IMG/VR virus record: IMGVR_UViG_3300037424_000434
Coordinates: 65,741 to 129,740 of that record
DNA length: 64,000 bases
Reading direction: 5' to 3' (one strand)
DNA from: a virus
The position numbers were made by a program, and so were the translations under genes. This document shows positions 10,558-22,824 of this stretch, piece by piece (positions within the stretch are counted from its first letter, which is position 1; the number at the start of each line of letters is the position of its first letter). The notes under the pieces are model-generated. The model did not search any database. It worked only from the letters and a program-made list of their open reading frames with translations, and had not been told where the DNA came from.

Positions 10558-13500
10558 AACTCTCTCGTCTCTGTCATGAACAATGGCTAATCGTTTTTTC
10601 GTCTATCCCCACCAATATCTTCGGTTCTGGAATATCGGCGTTTAAACGCATAACAATCATCCCACTCATCAAGTTCCCATTTCTGAATGACCCGAACTCC
10701 CTCCCAATGTCCTTTTGAACACCAAGCCCATGGGCTACTCAAATTATACTCAGTTAGTTCTTCGCCCATTCTATACATGCATTCATCACATTTCACAAAT
10801 TTTTCTCCGTTGTTTGGTGATATCCAATCCTATTGTCAGCGAAAAGGGGGAATCACACAATTTGGCAATGGGAGGGCACTAAACAAACAACACCTTTCTT
10901 TTTTATAAAAAGAGCTTGTCGGTTGAAATTCCAAACAAACAATGTACTGTTATTTGGTTTATCTGTGAGTACATCCATAACCCAAGTGTATGGCACTCCA
11001 CAATCAAGATCGTCAATGTAATTATTAATATGGGCTGGTTGTGGTTCGGGGTCAGGTTCCTCTTTGTTTCCACAGGTACAATTCCCCCCACATCCCTGCC
11101 CTCCAGAATTGTTGGGTGGTGTGTTTACTTGCTCCCCTGTTGACGAGGTAAAACCTGATGGTGGGGTTTTGTGAAGAGTAGAGTCATTAGTTTCGATGTT
11201 TTTCCTATCACTTTCTGTACATGGTGATTTTATTTGTTCCTCAAAAATGTATTCTTCTTGATTACTCGGTTCCACCTCAATCCCAAACTCTGACAATTTG
11301 CTTTTCAGTCGGGAAATATAAGATAGCTGGTCTTGCACCAAGGCATCCAGACTTTCGTTGAGTTTTCGGGATTCTTTGAGTCCGGCTAATAGTTTGCGGA
11401 TTGTTGCGGTTTGGTCAATAGACATTTGTTTCTCCTAAGCAGGATTAAGGACATAGTTAATGGTCGTAAAAATTATATCATAACATTTCCGGGTTCTACA
11501 TGTCAACAAGTTTTTGTAGATTTTTCGACATATCACATTAAAGAAATAAAATCAGCCAAGCTAGAAGCTTGCACACGATATATGATCCAGTCAGCGCCGT
11601 TGGCACAGAAATCAGCCACACCACCAAATCACTCCGAAACAAACGTTGAAGTTTAGAAAAAACAAATACGAAAATAGGGACTGCAATGAAAAGAAATACC
11701 AAAAATTCAAACACAGAACTATCTCCGCTCCAGAGAAGTTTGTCCAACTCCATTTCAGTACGTGACCTATATAAAATTATCGATCCACCATTTTGCATTT
11801 TGTTTTCTCCTTTTCTGTCTGTGTTTGTTTGTATTGACGAAGTTCTTTTTTTAATTGTTTACCGGCGATGCAAGGCTTTTTGCATTCTCCCCCACATGAA
11901 CAATCAGATTGATAGTTCATAATAAATCCTTTCTAATCAATGTAAGGTTTTCAGGAAAACCTCTCCTTTGCCTGAGAGGTAATAATAAGGGGTAAAAGAT
12001 TTATGAGCATATGACCATCTCAGATCTTCTGCCAGATATCCTTCAGAAACGGCGACATGGATGCTAGTTGATTTGAAACCATGATATTCAAGTGCTGGTC
12101 CGAAATTACATCCACCTTTACTGATGGTTTGAAGCAAGTCAACAAGATCCCTGTATGCCTTGATTTCGGTAATATTTTCTTTCCGTTTTTCTTGACTCAG
12201 TGTATTCATATGTAGTATCTCCTACCAAAGTTGGGGCCAAAAGTCAAACACAATCTAAAATTTTTGCTTGCAGCACATCAACCCATTGTTCTGTATCCAT
12301 ATCGTTCAACCGATACACCATGACCATGCTGTCATCTAGCATGGGAACAGATTTGTGAAGTGGGTGAAAATAAAAGTATCCACATCCACGAACCAACTCA
12401 TATCCTATGTCGGCTATTCGGTCGTTGATTTTTTTGAGTGTTAATTTCATGGATACTCCATTGTTTCCTTTCAACAATATACCACCACGCCCTCTAAAAG
12501 TCAAGCCAAAAACGAATAACCCTCTCACATAAGTGGTGAGAGGGTATTTTTCTATTAAGTTATATGTTTATTATGTTATATTAGGGGGTTATTTAACGGG
12601 CCATCTCTGATACTATTTGTTTTTGACCGGTGTTGATGCATTTGATGTTCCTTTGGCAAAGTAAAGTTTTATTAAGTAACGTTATTGACCGTCAATACTT
12701 CAAATCATCCGCAACAAAACCACAGCTATTTGCAGAATACCCAAAATCATTATCACAAAGTCTTGCTTGTATAAAGTTGATTTGTTCCATCATGGTCTCC
12801 TATCACACGCGGGATTATATGGACACTATATCATATGTATTTTTATCAGTCAAGCTTTTTTGTTTGAACAAGAACGTTTTGTATTTGATTTTAATGCAAT
12901 CAGTCCACGCCAAATCCCATACCAGAAACCACCAAAGATGGCTGTATCTTCAACGACAATCTTTGTCGTGTCTGTCCTGACTACACAAACAGCTTCTCTA
13001 GATTCTGTCTGTTCGTTTAACTTTTTTAGTGTTTCAAGACCGTGCATACTTTTATCCTTTTTTTATAAAATAGAGGGTATAGTAAAAATAGGGAGGTACT
13101 GGCCGAGTCGGCACATATACTCCACAAAATAGATGAATCAAAATGTATGGCACACAATATCCATATTATATTGACCAAAGATGCTTTCGCCAAAAGGTTC
13201 ATTTGTCGTTAAATTCGTTGTCCAGTGAGAGTCTTGTTACGGGATATTTATATTTATATGCTACCAAGGTTACCTATGAATGTCAAGCAAGTTTTTGAAC
13301 TGATATCGAAACAGTAAGTTTACGAAGTAATCAGTCCTTCCATTTCTGTTTATAGGTGTCTTTTATTTCTTGGATATTAGCGGTTGTCGTGGGCATCATA
13401 ACAACATTTAATATGTATATTATGTGATCAATTAGACACGGACCCATACCAACATCTGGATTAGAATCATCATATAATTTCCGGTATCTTGTGGCAACAG

Positions 13501-14331
13501 CCAAAGCTCTCACCAACTCATCAGTCATTGTATTTCCTGTTAACTCTCATTGCTTCATACATTTCTTCGAGAAGTTTACGGCGAGGGCATCTATAGCACT
13601 CAGCAAAAGTTTTGTCCACACATTTATCAAATGGTCTGTTTTCCGTTGGACAAAATACTCTTCTTCGCATCGACCCCCCCCTTTTTTATTTTTGAGTCAT
13701 CTTCCCGTATAGATATCTGGTACAATTTACCGCAATGCCAGATTCCACGTTATCCTCATTTGTCCAAAAATCTCTCAAGCTCGTGTATATCCTCGATGGA
13801 CCAGTCACGAAGATTAAGTTCTTTAAACATTTTTGTCACGTGATAAATAGCCAAGTTTTTTTCTTTTTCCTTGACCAGCAATGCAACCATTGACGGCGTA
13901 ACATGTTCTATGGATTCTCTAAACCAGACAGAATCGCCGATCCGTATCCCTGATGTTTTGTTGTACCGTGACGCCCCGATGATCACTTGCGTCTTTGTGG
14001 TTCGATCCACAATTTTTAGTTGTTTAGAGTTTCCCGCATTGGTTGTGACAACAACATAATCTCCGGCCACCAAATCCTTTGTCTCTTTTTGCCCATCTTT
14101 CATAACAACTCTCCTTTGGTTATATTCTCTTAGATCTACATAAAAATCCACACACAACATTACACCCGATAGACACGGTTAAATATAAAACAACAATGAA
14201 TGTGGAAAACAGCATAGGAGCTCCAAAACAAGCCAACGAGGCGTTTATTATCACACACGCTACCGACCATACCCATGAGACATATGAGCCCGCCAAAAAG
14301 CCTCTCAGGAGGCTTTGGCGTATATTTGGAA

Positions 14332-14547
14332 TCATAGTGTAAATAGATCCTCGGTTAAACTTATTTTTCTTTGTTCCCCTACCATAACTTTCCACTCAAT
14401 CCTATATGCGGATTTGTTACAATGCAAGCAAGGCATTGGTAGAAAGTCACAAGAGCTTATATTACCATATCGACCCATGAAATGTTTATCAAGGTCCGTT
14501 TGGGACACCGGGCGTTTACAATGCGGGCATATCACGAATTTGATCAT
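14332..14547 (-). CDS. Small zinc-ribbon protein with EDLFTL tail
   Basis: CPHC...CLHC; ends SLTEDLFTL. Confidence 0.65.
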   Translation of the reverse strand: MIKFVICPHCKRPVSQTDLDKHFMGRYGNISSCDFLPMPCLHCNKSAYRIEWKVMVGEQRKISLTEDLFTL

Positions 14548-14893
14548 TTATGTATCCTACACCAAAAATGTTAGGCGTTACTTTATCCTGAACCACTTAC
14601 AGGCCAGCATCACTATAATGCACAGCACCGGCCCTCCAATGAGTGTCATAAAAATAAACCATATTTGAAATTCGCGGCTATATTCCATAGCGTTTGTAAA
14701 ACTCCATAATCGAAATCTCAGCCCTACCACCACACTCGCTATCCCGGTATCTTGCATATTTAAAATACAGTGATTTCAATTCGTCCACGCTTAAGTGTTC
14801 CATTAGTAATTAGCCCCCACTGTAAACATTATTTCATCAAACCGTTTATGCGTTCTCAAATAGATTTTTGTTGATCTGAAAATCCGTTTTCGA

Positions 14894-15205
14894 CTAAACC
14901 TCAAACAAGTCTTCTTGGTCAACAAAAGCATTGCTGGCAACAAGCTCGAACCAATCTTCGTGCCACTTTTGGTCACATGGATCAGTGTGTAAAGTTACAA
15001 CGGGAATGTCTCCCAAATCATAGCTCAATGCAGTGACTCGCATTAAACCCAGTCCTACCATATTACAGATCCATTCTCTAGGCCCACCCCATTGACTGTA
15101 CAACCTGAAGATTTGTTTGTGGTTGATGATGCGTTCTTGGAGATTGCTTTTCAGTCTAACCAAATCTCCCACAGCAAATTTATGTTTTTTGGGTTTAGTT
15201 GTCAT
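14894..15205 (-). CDS. SH3/KOW-like protein with EDLFEV tail
   Basis: KFAVGDLVRLKS start; ends VDQEDLFEV. Confidence 0.65.
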   Translation of the reverse strand: MTTKPKKHKFAVGDLVRLKSNLQERIINHKQIFRLYSQWGGPREWICNMVGLGLMRVTALSYDLGDIPVVTLHTDPCDQKWHEDWFELVASNAFVDQEDLFEV

Positions 15206-15272
15206 GTCGAATCCTTTGGGTGCAAAACATATAACTTACCATACACCACCTCGGCTCGGTAGTCAACAAAAA

Positions 15273-15701
15273 TTATATTAACTGTTTTTGTGGTTCAGAC
15301 CTTGTTGGCGGCGTACTTTCTTTTTCCTGTCTCAACCGTTCCATAGCGTATTCATTTCTGGCATTATCAAGAAGAATTTTTACATCATTATACACTTTTT
15401 TGAGAGTGTCGTTGACCTCATCTTTCGTTGCACCCAGTTCAACCAAATGATTTGCTAACAAAGTAACGGCAGGTTCACACGGCTTTAGCGAAGAATCCAA
15501 AGAGAACTCAGTGGTGAAGCCATATGGGATATATGCTGTGGCCCACTTGATCAAACATAGACCAAGAATATTGACATCCAATTGCAGGGATTCCGATTGT
15601 TCGGGGGTCAGATCAGGTAGAATCTCTACTTTTGCCATAACAGACTGGACAAACATGAACGACAACACCAACAGCACAACAAAAATCTTAATGCTTTTCA
15701 T
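15273..15701 (-). CDS. Predicted exported protein
   Basis: Signal peptide MKSIKIFVVLLVLSFMFVQSVMA; AGGAGG RBS. Confidence 0.7.
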   Translation of the reverse strand: MKSIKIFVVLLVLSFMFVQSVMAKVEILPDLTPEQSESLQLDVNILGLCLIKWATAYIPYGFTTEFSLDSSLKPCEPAVTLLANHLVELGATKDEVNDTLKKVYNDVKILLDNARNEYAMERLRQEKESTPPTRSEPQKQLI

Positions 15702-15888
15702 ATAAACCTCCTTTAATGTTTGGTTAATGATCAGAATCAGCGGAGATTTTAATGCACTTTTTTAAGATCTGCGCCTTTTCCTTATCTGAAAGCCTAGGGA
15801 AATTTTTATTGACTAGCTCAATTATTTCGCTGAATTGCTTAACTGCTCCAAACGTAGTTTTCATATAAAACTCCTTTAATGTTTGTGT

Positions 15889-16254
15889 TTAAAATGGTAT
15901 ATCATCATCTAATAAAAATCTTCGTGCTTGTATTGGGGTAGGAGAGATTCTGGGTCGAGAATTTCGCCCAGACCTAGCTGGTGTGGGCTGTCGCGCTGGT
16001 TCAGCAGAAGAACCGACCGACATGTCTTTGATCTGATTTTTCGTGAATCCAAGACGCAACAATGCCTCATCATCAAGACCCGTATCTTCTCCCTTCTCAA
16101 TAAAATCAAGATAGTCATATATTTCTTGGATATGCATAACAAGTTTGTGTATAACAGCACCCTCGGAAGGTCTTGTTATTTTAATCTTTTCAGAAAGTTC
16201 TAATATTTTGTTGTATTTTTCGTTAGATATTCTTGTCGGTTTATCCATCACCAA
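15889..16254 (-). CDS. Hypothetical protein ending in an SSB-like acidic tip
   Basis: Disordered P/R-rich linker then C-terminal LLDDDIPF. Confidence 0.7.
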   Translation of the reverse strand: MVMDKPTRISNEKYNKILELSEKIKITRPSEGAVIHKLVMHIQEIYDYLDFIEKGEDTGLDDEALLRLGFTKNQIKDMSVGSSAEPARQPTPARSGRNSRPRISPTPIQARRFLLDDDIPF

Positions 16255-16552
16255 TATTCCTCTCGGTCATCTCCTTGACCAAATGTATCTTTCTTGTGAC
16301 ATGCGCCAAACAACCACTAGCTGGCTTTTTTGACCTTGAGCTTGAACCCGATAGTGAACCTACCACCCGAGTTCCATTTAACCAAAGCTTTGGCTTGGGC
16401 AATCTTTATAGGAGCATCTTTGGTAGTCGTAACGGTTCCCAGAAACTCGCCTCTTGATGTTTCGACATTCCAGACCTGTAATTCCAACATAGCGTTCTCC
16501 TTTGCTGTTTAGTTAACCCACTACCACATCTTATCCCAGACAACACACAAAG

Positions 16553-17108
16553 TCAAGCCATAAATAATTGAGATATTCTTTTCCCACAAAGTCTACAAAC
16601 ATAACTTGATTTACCGTTTTTGATCTTGTTGTGTTTGGTGGATGATAACACATGAACACGACATGCGCACCGGTATTCATGTTGTTTTTTGCTTCGTATT
16701 TTGACCGGGGGTGCCTGTAATTTTACCCAATTTCATGAGAGCATTGGAAAGATCCATCGAGTGACATCGATCTGGTTTGGCCCCAAAGGATTTCATTACA
16801 TTTTTCCATTCACGTCCATGGGATCTTGTTTCTCCCCAAACAAGATCTTGCACCAGATGAGCGAATTCGTGAACCACAGTTTCTTCAATATAATTCTCAC
16901 TATATTCCAAAAGAGCGGCTTCGTGTAGATGCATGATGAATTTCTGTTGTTCTACTATTGTAACCGCCATTCCCGCAACCCTCGTACCCGCGAGATCATA
17001 TTTTACTTCTACATTCGGAATCACAACACCGTAAATAACTGTGGTTTTTTTATTCAGTTCATGTATACGATCCCAAACCTTCATCTTCAGATCATCAAGT
17101 CGCTTCAT
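16553..17108 (-). CDS. sprT: SprT-family zinc metalloprotease, frameshifted before its zinc ribbon
   Basis: HEFAH, HGREWK; C-terminal YRCAC..H..KHNKI..YVCRLCG continues in another frame past homopolymers at 16685-16711. Confidence 0.8.
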
Positions 17109-17873
17109 TTTGGAATCCTTTCTGTTGACGTATATACTATATCAAAAGGATGAATGAATGTCAAACAAAAAGGGATGAGCAAAAACCTATCCCCCCCCTA
17201 GTTCACTATTTGTATATCTTGAATTTTTTGAAGAATTTCCTGTTATCACCATAAAATCGGTTCTATGGCTAGTGCGGGTCGTGCTGCCGGGGGACTTCCG
17301 GTCCCCTCTCTTTTTCCGGCTTTCATACGTCCAACCCTCTGTTTCTGAGCCAGAGCAGTTCGTTTTCCTTTTTCTTTTCTCGGTTAGTCGGGTGGGCCAT
17401 TTCGGCGGATACCAACTCGCGGCGGGCAACGGTTAGGAAGGCGTCCGCCGCCTCCCATTCCTGCAAATTTTCGTTTTTTTCGGCGATGCGTACCGCTTTT
17501 AGGGCTTCTTCGTATCTCTTTTTAGCTTGGATTCTTTGTGCGATCATTGTCTTGTCTCCTTGCATTGATTTGCCCTCAATATAGGTATACTATAAACCCC
17601 CTTTGGTTTATTGTCAATAAAAAACACAAATAAGTGATTATCAATCTTTTACTTTTTAAAAAACTTTTCTTTTAAAAGATCCACAATTTTTGTTTGAATC
17701 TCTGTTAAATTTTTTCCAAAGTTCGGAAATATCGCATAAACAACAGCCGTTCCCACGAAACCTAATACCAGAGTACCTAAATATGATAACATAAACTACC
17801 TCCTACAAAAAAATAAGTCCAAAATTATTTATGTTTTATTTAGGTTTTTGGCTACAACATAATCGACTTCAAC

Positions 17874-18239
<366 letters not shown>

Positions 18240-18638
18240 GAAAACACCTTCCAGTTGATTATAGTCACATCACACACCCGTTTTAATGTTTTTCTGTCTA
18301 CTACAAGTTCATCTATTATTTGTTCTTGTAACGCCCGAATATCATCCATTCCCGAAATTTCTGGGTAATATATTTCTATGTTTCCTAAAAATCTATTGCC
18401 ATTGGATTCTATTGCTTCATATGAAACGAAATATTTACAATATGGCAACATAGACGCCCTCTTCGTTTGGAGTCAATACGATGATCCCAACAGGGGCATA
18501 TTCATTTCCGATAAAAGACGAATAATCAAATCCATCATATTTCAGATACAATGCAAGCTCGGGGTCAACATATCCAATAAACTCTTCCATGATAATCTCC
18601 TTTGTTTTTCGTTACGGTATCATAAATGATTCTATACG

Positions 18639-18935
18639 TCAAGGTAGTTTTCTGTTTTGGGGTTTCATCGTTTCCATGGTATCATATTGTGTTGGCCCAG
18701 TTTTCCTCTTATTCCAAGGAATGACAGCACGGGCATACAACCTAGACCACAACCTATTAAAACCTTTGCTGTAATAGGTGGGTAGTTCAACCCGAGGGCC
18801 ACATGAATGACATTCGTCACATTGCACGGCATAGACTCCCCCACTATATATACCGAAATAGGCTTGTCCTCCGCAATGAGGGCATGGTTTTACTCCCTTA
18901 GTGAATCGAAACACTTTAATTCCTATCCCAAACAT
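18639..18935 (-). CDS. Lar-family (restriction alleviation-like) zinc-ribbon protein
   Basis: KPCPHCGG...V.CDEC...GP...A...WNKR. Confidence 0.65.
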   Translation of the reverse strand: MFGIGIKVFRFTKGVKPCPHCGGQAYFGIYSGGVYAVQCDECHSCGPRVELPTYYSKGFNRLWSRLYARAVIPWNKRKTGPTQYDTMETMKPQNRKLP

Positions 18936-19049
18936 AAAATCTCCTTAATAAGGCAAATCGTCACCAGAATCAATTTCCCCAACAAACCCTTTAGGTTTAT
19001 ATTCTAGCTCTTCCGATTCTTCCGCTGATAATTCCTAGCTTTTTCTGGA

Positions 19050-19358
19050 TCATTCACCTTTATTCCAGAAAAAACGATCCCGGTAATCGATTTTCAAATA
19101 CTCTTCATACTCTTCTAGGGTCATTTCAGTAAAACCACACCTACCGACTCTATGATAACCATTGAACAGGATCACATCACCAATGCTAACGGAGGGCATG
19201 TCTTGGGGTTGGAAGTCATTTTGGCCAAGCTCAAAAGTCTTGTTTAAAACGACATTTAAATCAGGTTCCATTCCATAACTCCCTGTTCCCAAATCCACAA
19301 GGCGGGTCTTCTGTTCGTTGTCAAAATCAAAGGCCAACATCTTCACAGGTACAATCAT
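19050..19358 (-). CDS. YodL-like domain protein
   Basis: SVSIGDVIL...HRV...GFTEM motif. Confidence 0.5.
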   Translation of the reverse strand: MIVPVKMLAFDFDNEQKTRLVDLGTGSYGMEPDLNVVLNKTFELGQNDFQPQDMPSVSIGDVILFNGYHRVGRCGFTEMTLEEYEEYLKIDYRDRFFWNKGE

Positions 19359-20046
19359 TGTCGTTCTCCTCTAAGAGTGGGTTATTTTCGCTACACCCAT
19401 ACTTTATCAAATATCGTCTCACAGTGCAAGAGAAAAATAAAGGTAACGTGAATTACTTTTTATTGACACTATATCAGGTATATGCGATACTCATATTACA
19501 CCCTATCAAAGGAGTTTGTTATGTTTGAAATACTGTATGTAGCATGTTTGCTTCTCTTACCCTTGTCCATGATGCTCCCCAAAGAGAGGGCTATGGTGCC
19601 GGTTCAGATTCGAGACAATCGAAAGTCAGATATGTAATAAAGAAAGCGTTCGGCGTTCGGAATAAAGATTTATTTCGAACGGGAATTATTTCTCATTTGG
19701 AAAATTAAACAAAAATAATTTATATTAAGGTTGACATCTTTTATCAGATGTGTTAGACTATCGTTTATAAACAGCAAAAGGTAGATTAATTAATAGAAGA
19801 CATTCAGTTTTTCATATATATTCTATTTTTCGAAAAAATGATAAATAATTGCATCACAGAAGAAAGGAGAAAGATTATGGGGAGATAAAAGTTGATCGAA
19901 AAAGAGAAATGGAAGAAAAATTGAAAAAATTAAAAGAGCTTGTTGAACAGAAAAATAAAAAGAAAGAACAGGAGAAGAAATTTGAAAGAAAGTAGTATAA
20001 AATTTAGAGTAGACAAATGAAAGGGAGATTAATAATCTCCCTTTTT

Positions 20047-20460
20047 TTATATTATATTTTTAAAATCTTCGATAGCAACCGCAATTCCCGGTAACCATTT
20101 CTTGGTCCATAACCAATCAGTTTTCGTCCAAACAGCCAATTCCCGATCATTCATGAAAACAAGAGAATTCAAATCGATTTCCCCTAGAAACATTTCGCCC
20201 GGCATCAACGATCCACTATAAGGAGATACCCTGCTATCACCTGATTCTTTTCTAACCAAATCCCATATAGCATTATGCAATGCATTGTGAGCATTTGCTA
20301 TGTAAATCTTTTTGGTTTTCCCGTCAGCAATAAATCGAACATCCCGTCCTATCTTTTGGAGTTCCTGTCTGGATGGATTAACCCATAAATCAAACTCATT
20401 GCCATGATATCTGGAATACCCAAACCATTCCTCTTCTAAGTAACGTTTAAATTTACTCAT
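20047..20460 (-). CDS. Putative internal head protein, paralog of 926..1378
   Basis: MSKFKRYLEE N-terminus; start overlaps the stop of the upstream gene; terminator at 20020-20048. Confidence 0.55.
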   Translation of the reverse strand: MSKFKRYLEEEWFGYSRYHGNEFDLWVNPSRQELQKIGRDVRFIADGKTKKIYIANAHNALHNAIWDLVRKESGDSRVSPYSGSLMPGEMFLGEIDLNSLVFMNDRELAVWTKTDWLWTKKWLPGIAVAIEDFKNII

Positions 20461-21353
20461 ATATTTTTTCCCCACTTATCAGCCAAATATAACAAGAAAT
20501 CTTTAGCAGAACTAACTTTTGCCAGTTTAAACATTTTCAATAACATTGCGGTAAATTTAACATCCGATTTATCGTTGTGTATATCAGCTTCCAATGATGA
20601 CAAATAATCCTTGAAATAGAAAGCAGTAGCACTCATTCCTGCGATCTTATATGCTATATCACTTGCTCTTTTTGAAAGCTTCTCTTTGTCTGTGGTATAA
20701 AACAGTTCTTCCCATATCTTAAAATAATTGGTACGAGGAAATTCTTTGCGATACTCCACCTTCGCTAGTGGCTTTAAATCATCTATATTCACTTTAACTG
20801 AATTTTTTTTATTCTGAATCAAAAAATCTTTTTTGTCCTCATAAAAATATATTGGGATTTTTTTAATCAAAGCATTTTTATATATTGAACGAATGTTTCT
20901 GTTTCTAGGGTCGGTTTGGTCTATCCAGCTCCAATTAAACTTAATAGGAACTAACACATGAATTTCTTTTATGTATTTTGAGGCATTGTCTATCTGAGGC
21001 GTCTTGCTGTAGATCCTATCTTCTGCTTCGAATTTCTTTGGATCAATCTTCCTAAACTCTGGTCCCCAATAATCAACTGCTTCCCCTGAATATTTGTTCG
21101 CTAATTTAGATCCATCCAATACCAACATAGCGGTACCCTCTGCTGGATCTAAGCTGAACCCACCAAGTTTATGTCTAGTTGTGGAGAAATAAAAAAATTT
21201 GCCCTTTTTGCTTAGATCAGTTTCGGTGCTCGTTCCAATTGAGGTACTTAGATTGAATTTATCTGTCCTCAATATAGCATCCAGTTTGTATATTCCTGTT
21301 GAGTGGTATAGGATAGAACTGATACCTTCTATTAAATATTTTTGTAATCTCAT
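20457..21353 (-). CDS. ADP-ribosyltransferase-like protein with capsid-targeting-like N-terminus
   Basis: MRLQKYLIE|G, then LYHST, FSTTR, EAEDR (H / S-T-T / ExE pattern of the ART fold); TATAAATA at 21397-21390. Confidence 0.5.
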   Translation of the reverse strand: MRLQKYLIEGISSILYHSTGIYKLDAILRTDKFNLSTSIGTSTETDLSKKGKFFYFSTTRHKLGGFSLDPAEGTAMLVLDGSKLANKYSGEAVDYWGPEFRKIDPKKFEAEDRIYSKTPQIDNASKYIKEIHVLVPIKFNWSWIDQTDPRNRNIRSIYKNALIKKIPIYFYEDKKDFLIQNKKNSVKVNIDDLKPLAKVEYRKEFPRTNYFKIWEELFYTTDKEKLSKRASDIAYKIAGMSATAFYFKDYLSSLEADIHNDKSDVKFTAMLLKMFKLAKVSSAKDFLLYLADKWGKNI

Positions 21354-21432
21354 TAATATATCCTTTTAACAAAAAAATCCCGTTAACTATATTTATAAAT
21401 TAACGGGATAGGTGTATTTTTTAACAAATCAT

Positions 21433-22824
21433 TCAGGAAAGTTCTTTGTGGACATCCTTTATCAGTTTTCTGATACAAACAAACACATCAGAATCAATGA
21501 ATCTATCGGTGACTTTTTTCTTGATAGCCCCAACCATCTGTCCGGGTTTGATATCAAGAAGATCCATTATATCTCTGCCATTGACCACTTCAATGGAGTT
21601 GTGGTTGGCGTCCACAAAGGCCGAGAATTCCCTCCCCAGTTCTTCAGATTTTCTAAGAATTTCAAAATATGGTTCGAAGTCGAATCCGTTACCATTACAC
21701 TTGGCATCACAGTAAACCACGTTTTTGAGAGTATCCCAGTGTTCGTGGGTAACAATTTTTGCTACCTTGGATTTTTTCATTTTGTCGATGTTGAGAACTT
21801 TCATGTGTTCCCCTGTAGTAAATTTCAGGAGAGCTTTTTCCGCCCCACTCATTTTCAATCTATTAGCGATAGATGATACAATATCCACCCCGACCACATC
21901 ATGACTGAAGAACCTATGAGCTTTTTTTTCTTCATCCCATTCATGGGTGGTGGCTTTACCGAGGTCATGAAACAGAACAGCAAAGTTGGACAGAGCATCC
22001 TCTTTGGTGTTCTCTCTAACAGCACACAGCACATGATCATACACTCGACCTTTACCATGGGTATATGCTTCTGGGTGCCATCTCTGGGTTTCAAACACAT
22101 CTTGAAGAGCTTTGACTTCTGGAAGAATGTGGATCAGAAGACCAACTTCATCCAACAGTTCAATTGCATCAGCAAAATGTTTGCCGTCCAGACTAGCCAT
22201 TTTGAATAGTTCGTCCTTGATACGCTCAACAGAAATCTTTTTGATCAGACAAGCATCATCATTAATTGCTTCAAATACTTCTGGGTCAAGTTTGAATCCG
22301 AACCGGACAGCGAACCGGACAGCTCGGAGCATTCTCAGATGATCCTCATTGAAACGTTCTTTGGCAACACCAACAGCGGCAACCACACCTTTATTGATTG
22401 CCTCAACCCCACCAACAAAGTCAACAAGGCGTCCATCTTTATCTAGACCCATGGCATTGATGGTAAAGTCTCTACGCTGAACGTCCTCTTCAAAGCTCTG
22501 AGTAGCTTGAACTTCGTCAGGTCTGCGACCATCGGTATAAGCACCCTCGGTACGCCACTGGGCGATTTCGAAGTTGAACCCTTTGTGAGGAACAACCACG
22601 ATACCAAAAGATTTGCCAGCACCAACATCAAAGCTGGTGAACATCTCACCAAGAGCACTCATGGAAGCATTTGTCGCGATATCCACGTCCTTTGCTTCAA
22701 CCCCAAGCAACAAATCTCTAACGCATCCACCAACAAAGTATGCCTCATATCCAGCATCAGTTAGTTGGACAAGAAGTTCGCGACCCGCTCGGAACATTTC
22801 ATTTGTCATCATTTTTTTATACAT
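21433..22824 (-). CDS. cca: Class II CCA tRNA nucleotidyltransferase with HD domain
   Basis: VGGCVRDLLLG..KDVDIAT, EDVQRRDFTINAM, EDHLRMLRAVRF, DH...LFHDLGK. Confidence 0.95.
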   Translation of the reverse strand: MYKKMMTNEMFRAGRELLVQLTDAGYEAYFVGGCVRDLLLGVEAKDVDIATNASMSALGEMFTSFDVGAGKSFGIVVVPHKGFNFEIAQWRTEGAYTDGRRPDEVQATQSFEEDVQRRDFTINAMGLDKDGRLVDFVGGVEAINKGVVAAVGVAKERFNEDHLRMLRAVRFAVRFGFKLDPEVFEAINDDACLIKKISVERIKDELFKMASLDGKHFADAIELLDEVGLLIHILPEVKALQDVFETQRWHPEAYTHGKGRVYDHVLCAVRENTKEDALSNFAVLFHDLGKATTHEWDEEKKAHRFFSHDVVGVDIVSSIANRLKMSGAEKALLKFTTGEHMKVLNIDKMKKSKVAKIVTHEHWDTLKNVVYCDAKCNGNGFDFEPYFEILRKSEELGREFSAFVDANHNSIEVVNGRDIMDLLDIKPGQMVGAIKKKVTDRFIDSDVFVCIRKLIKDVHKELS

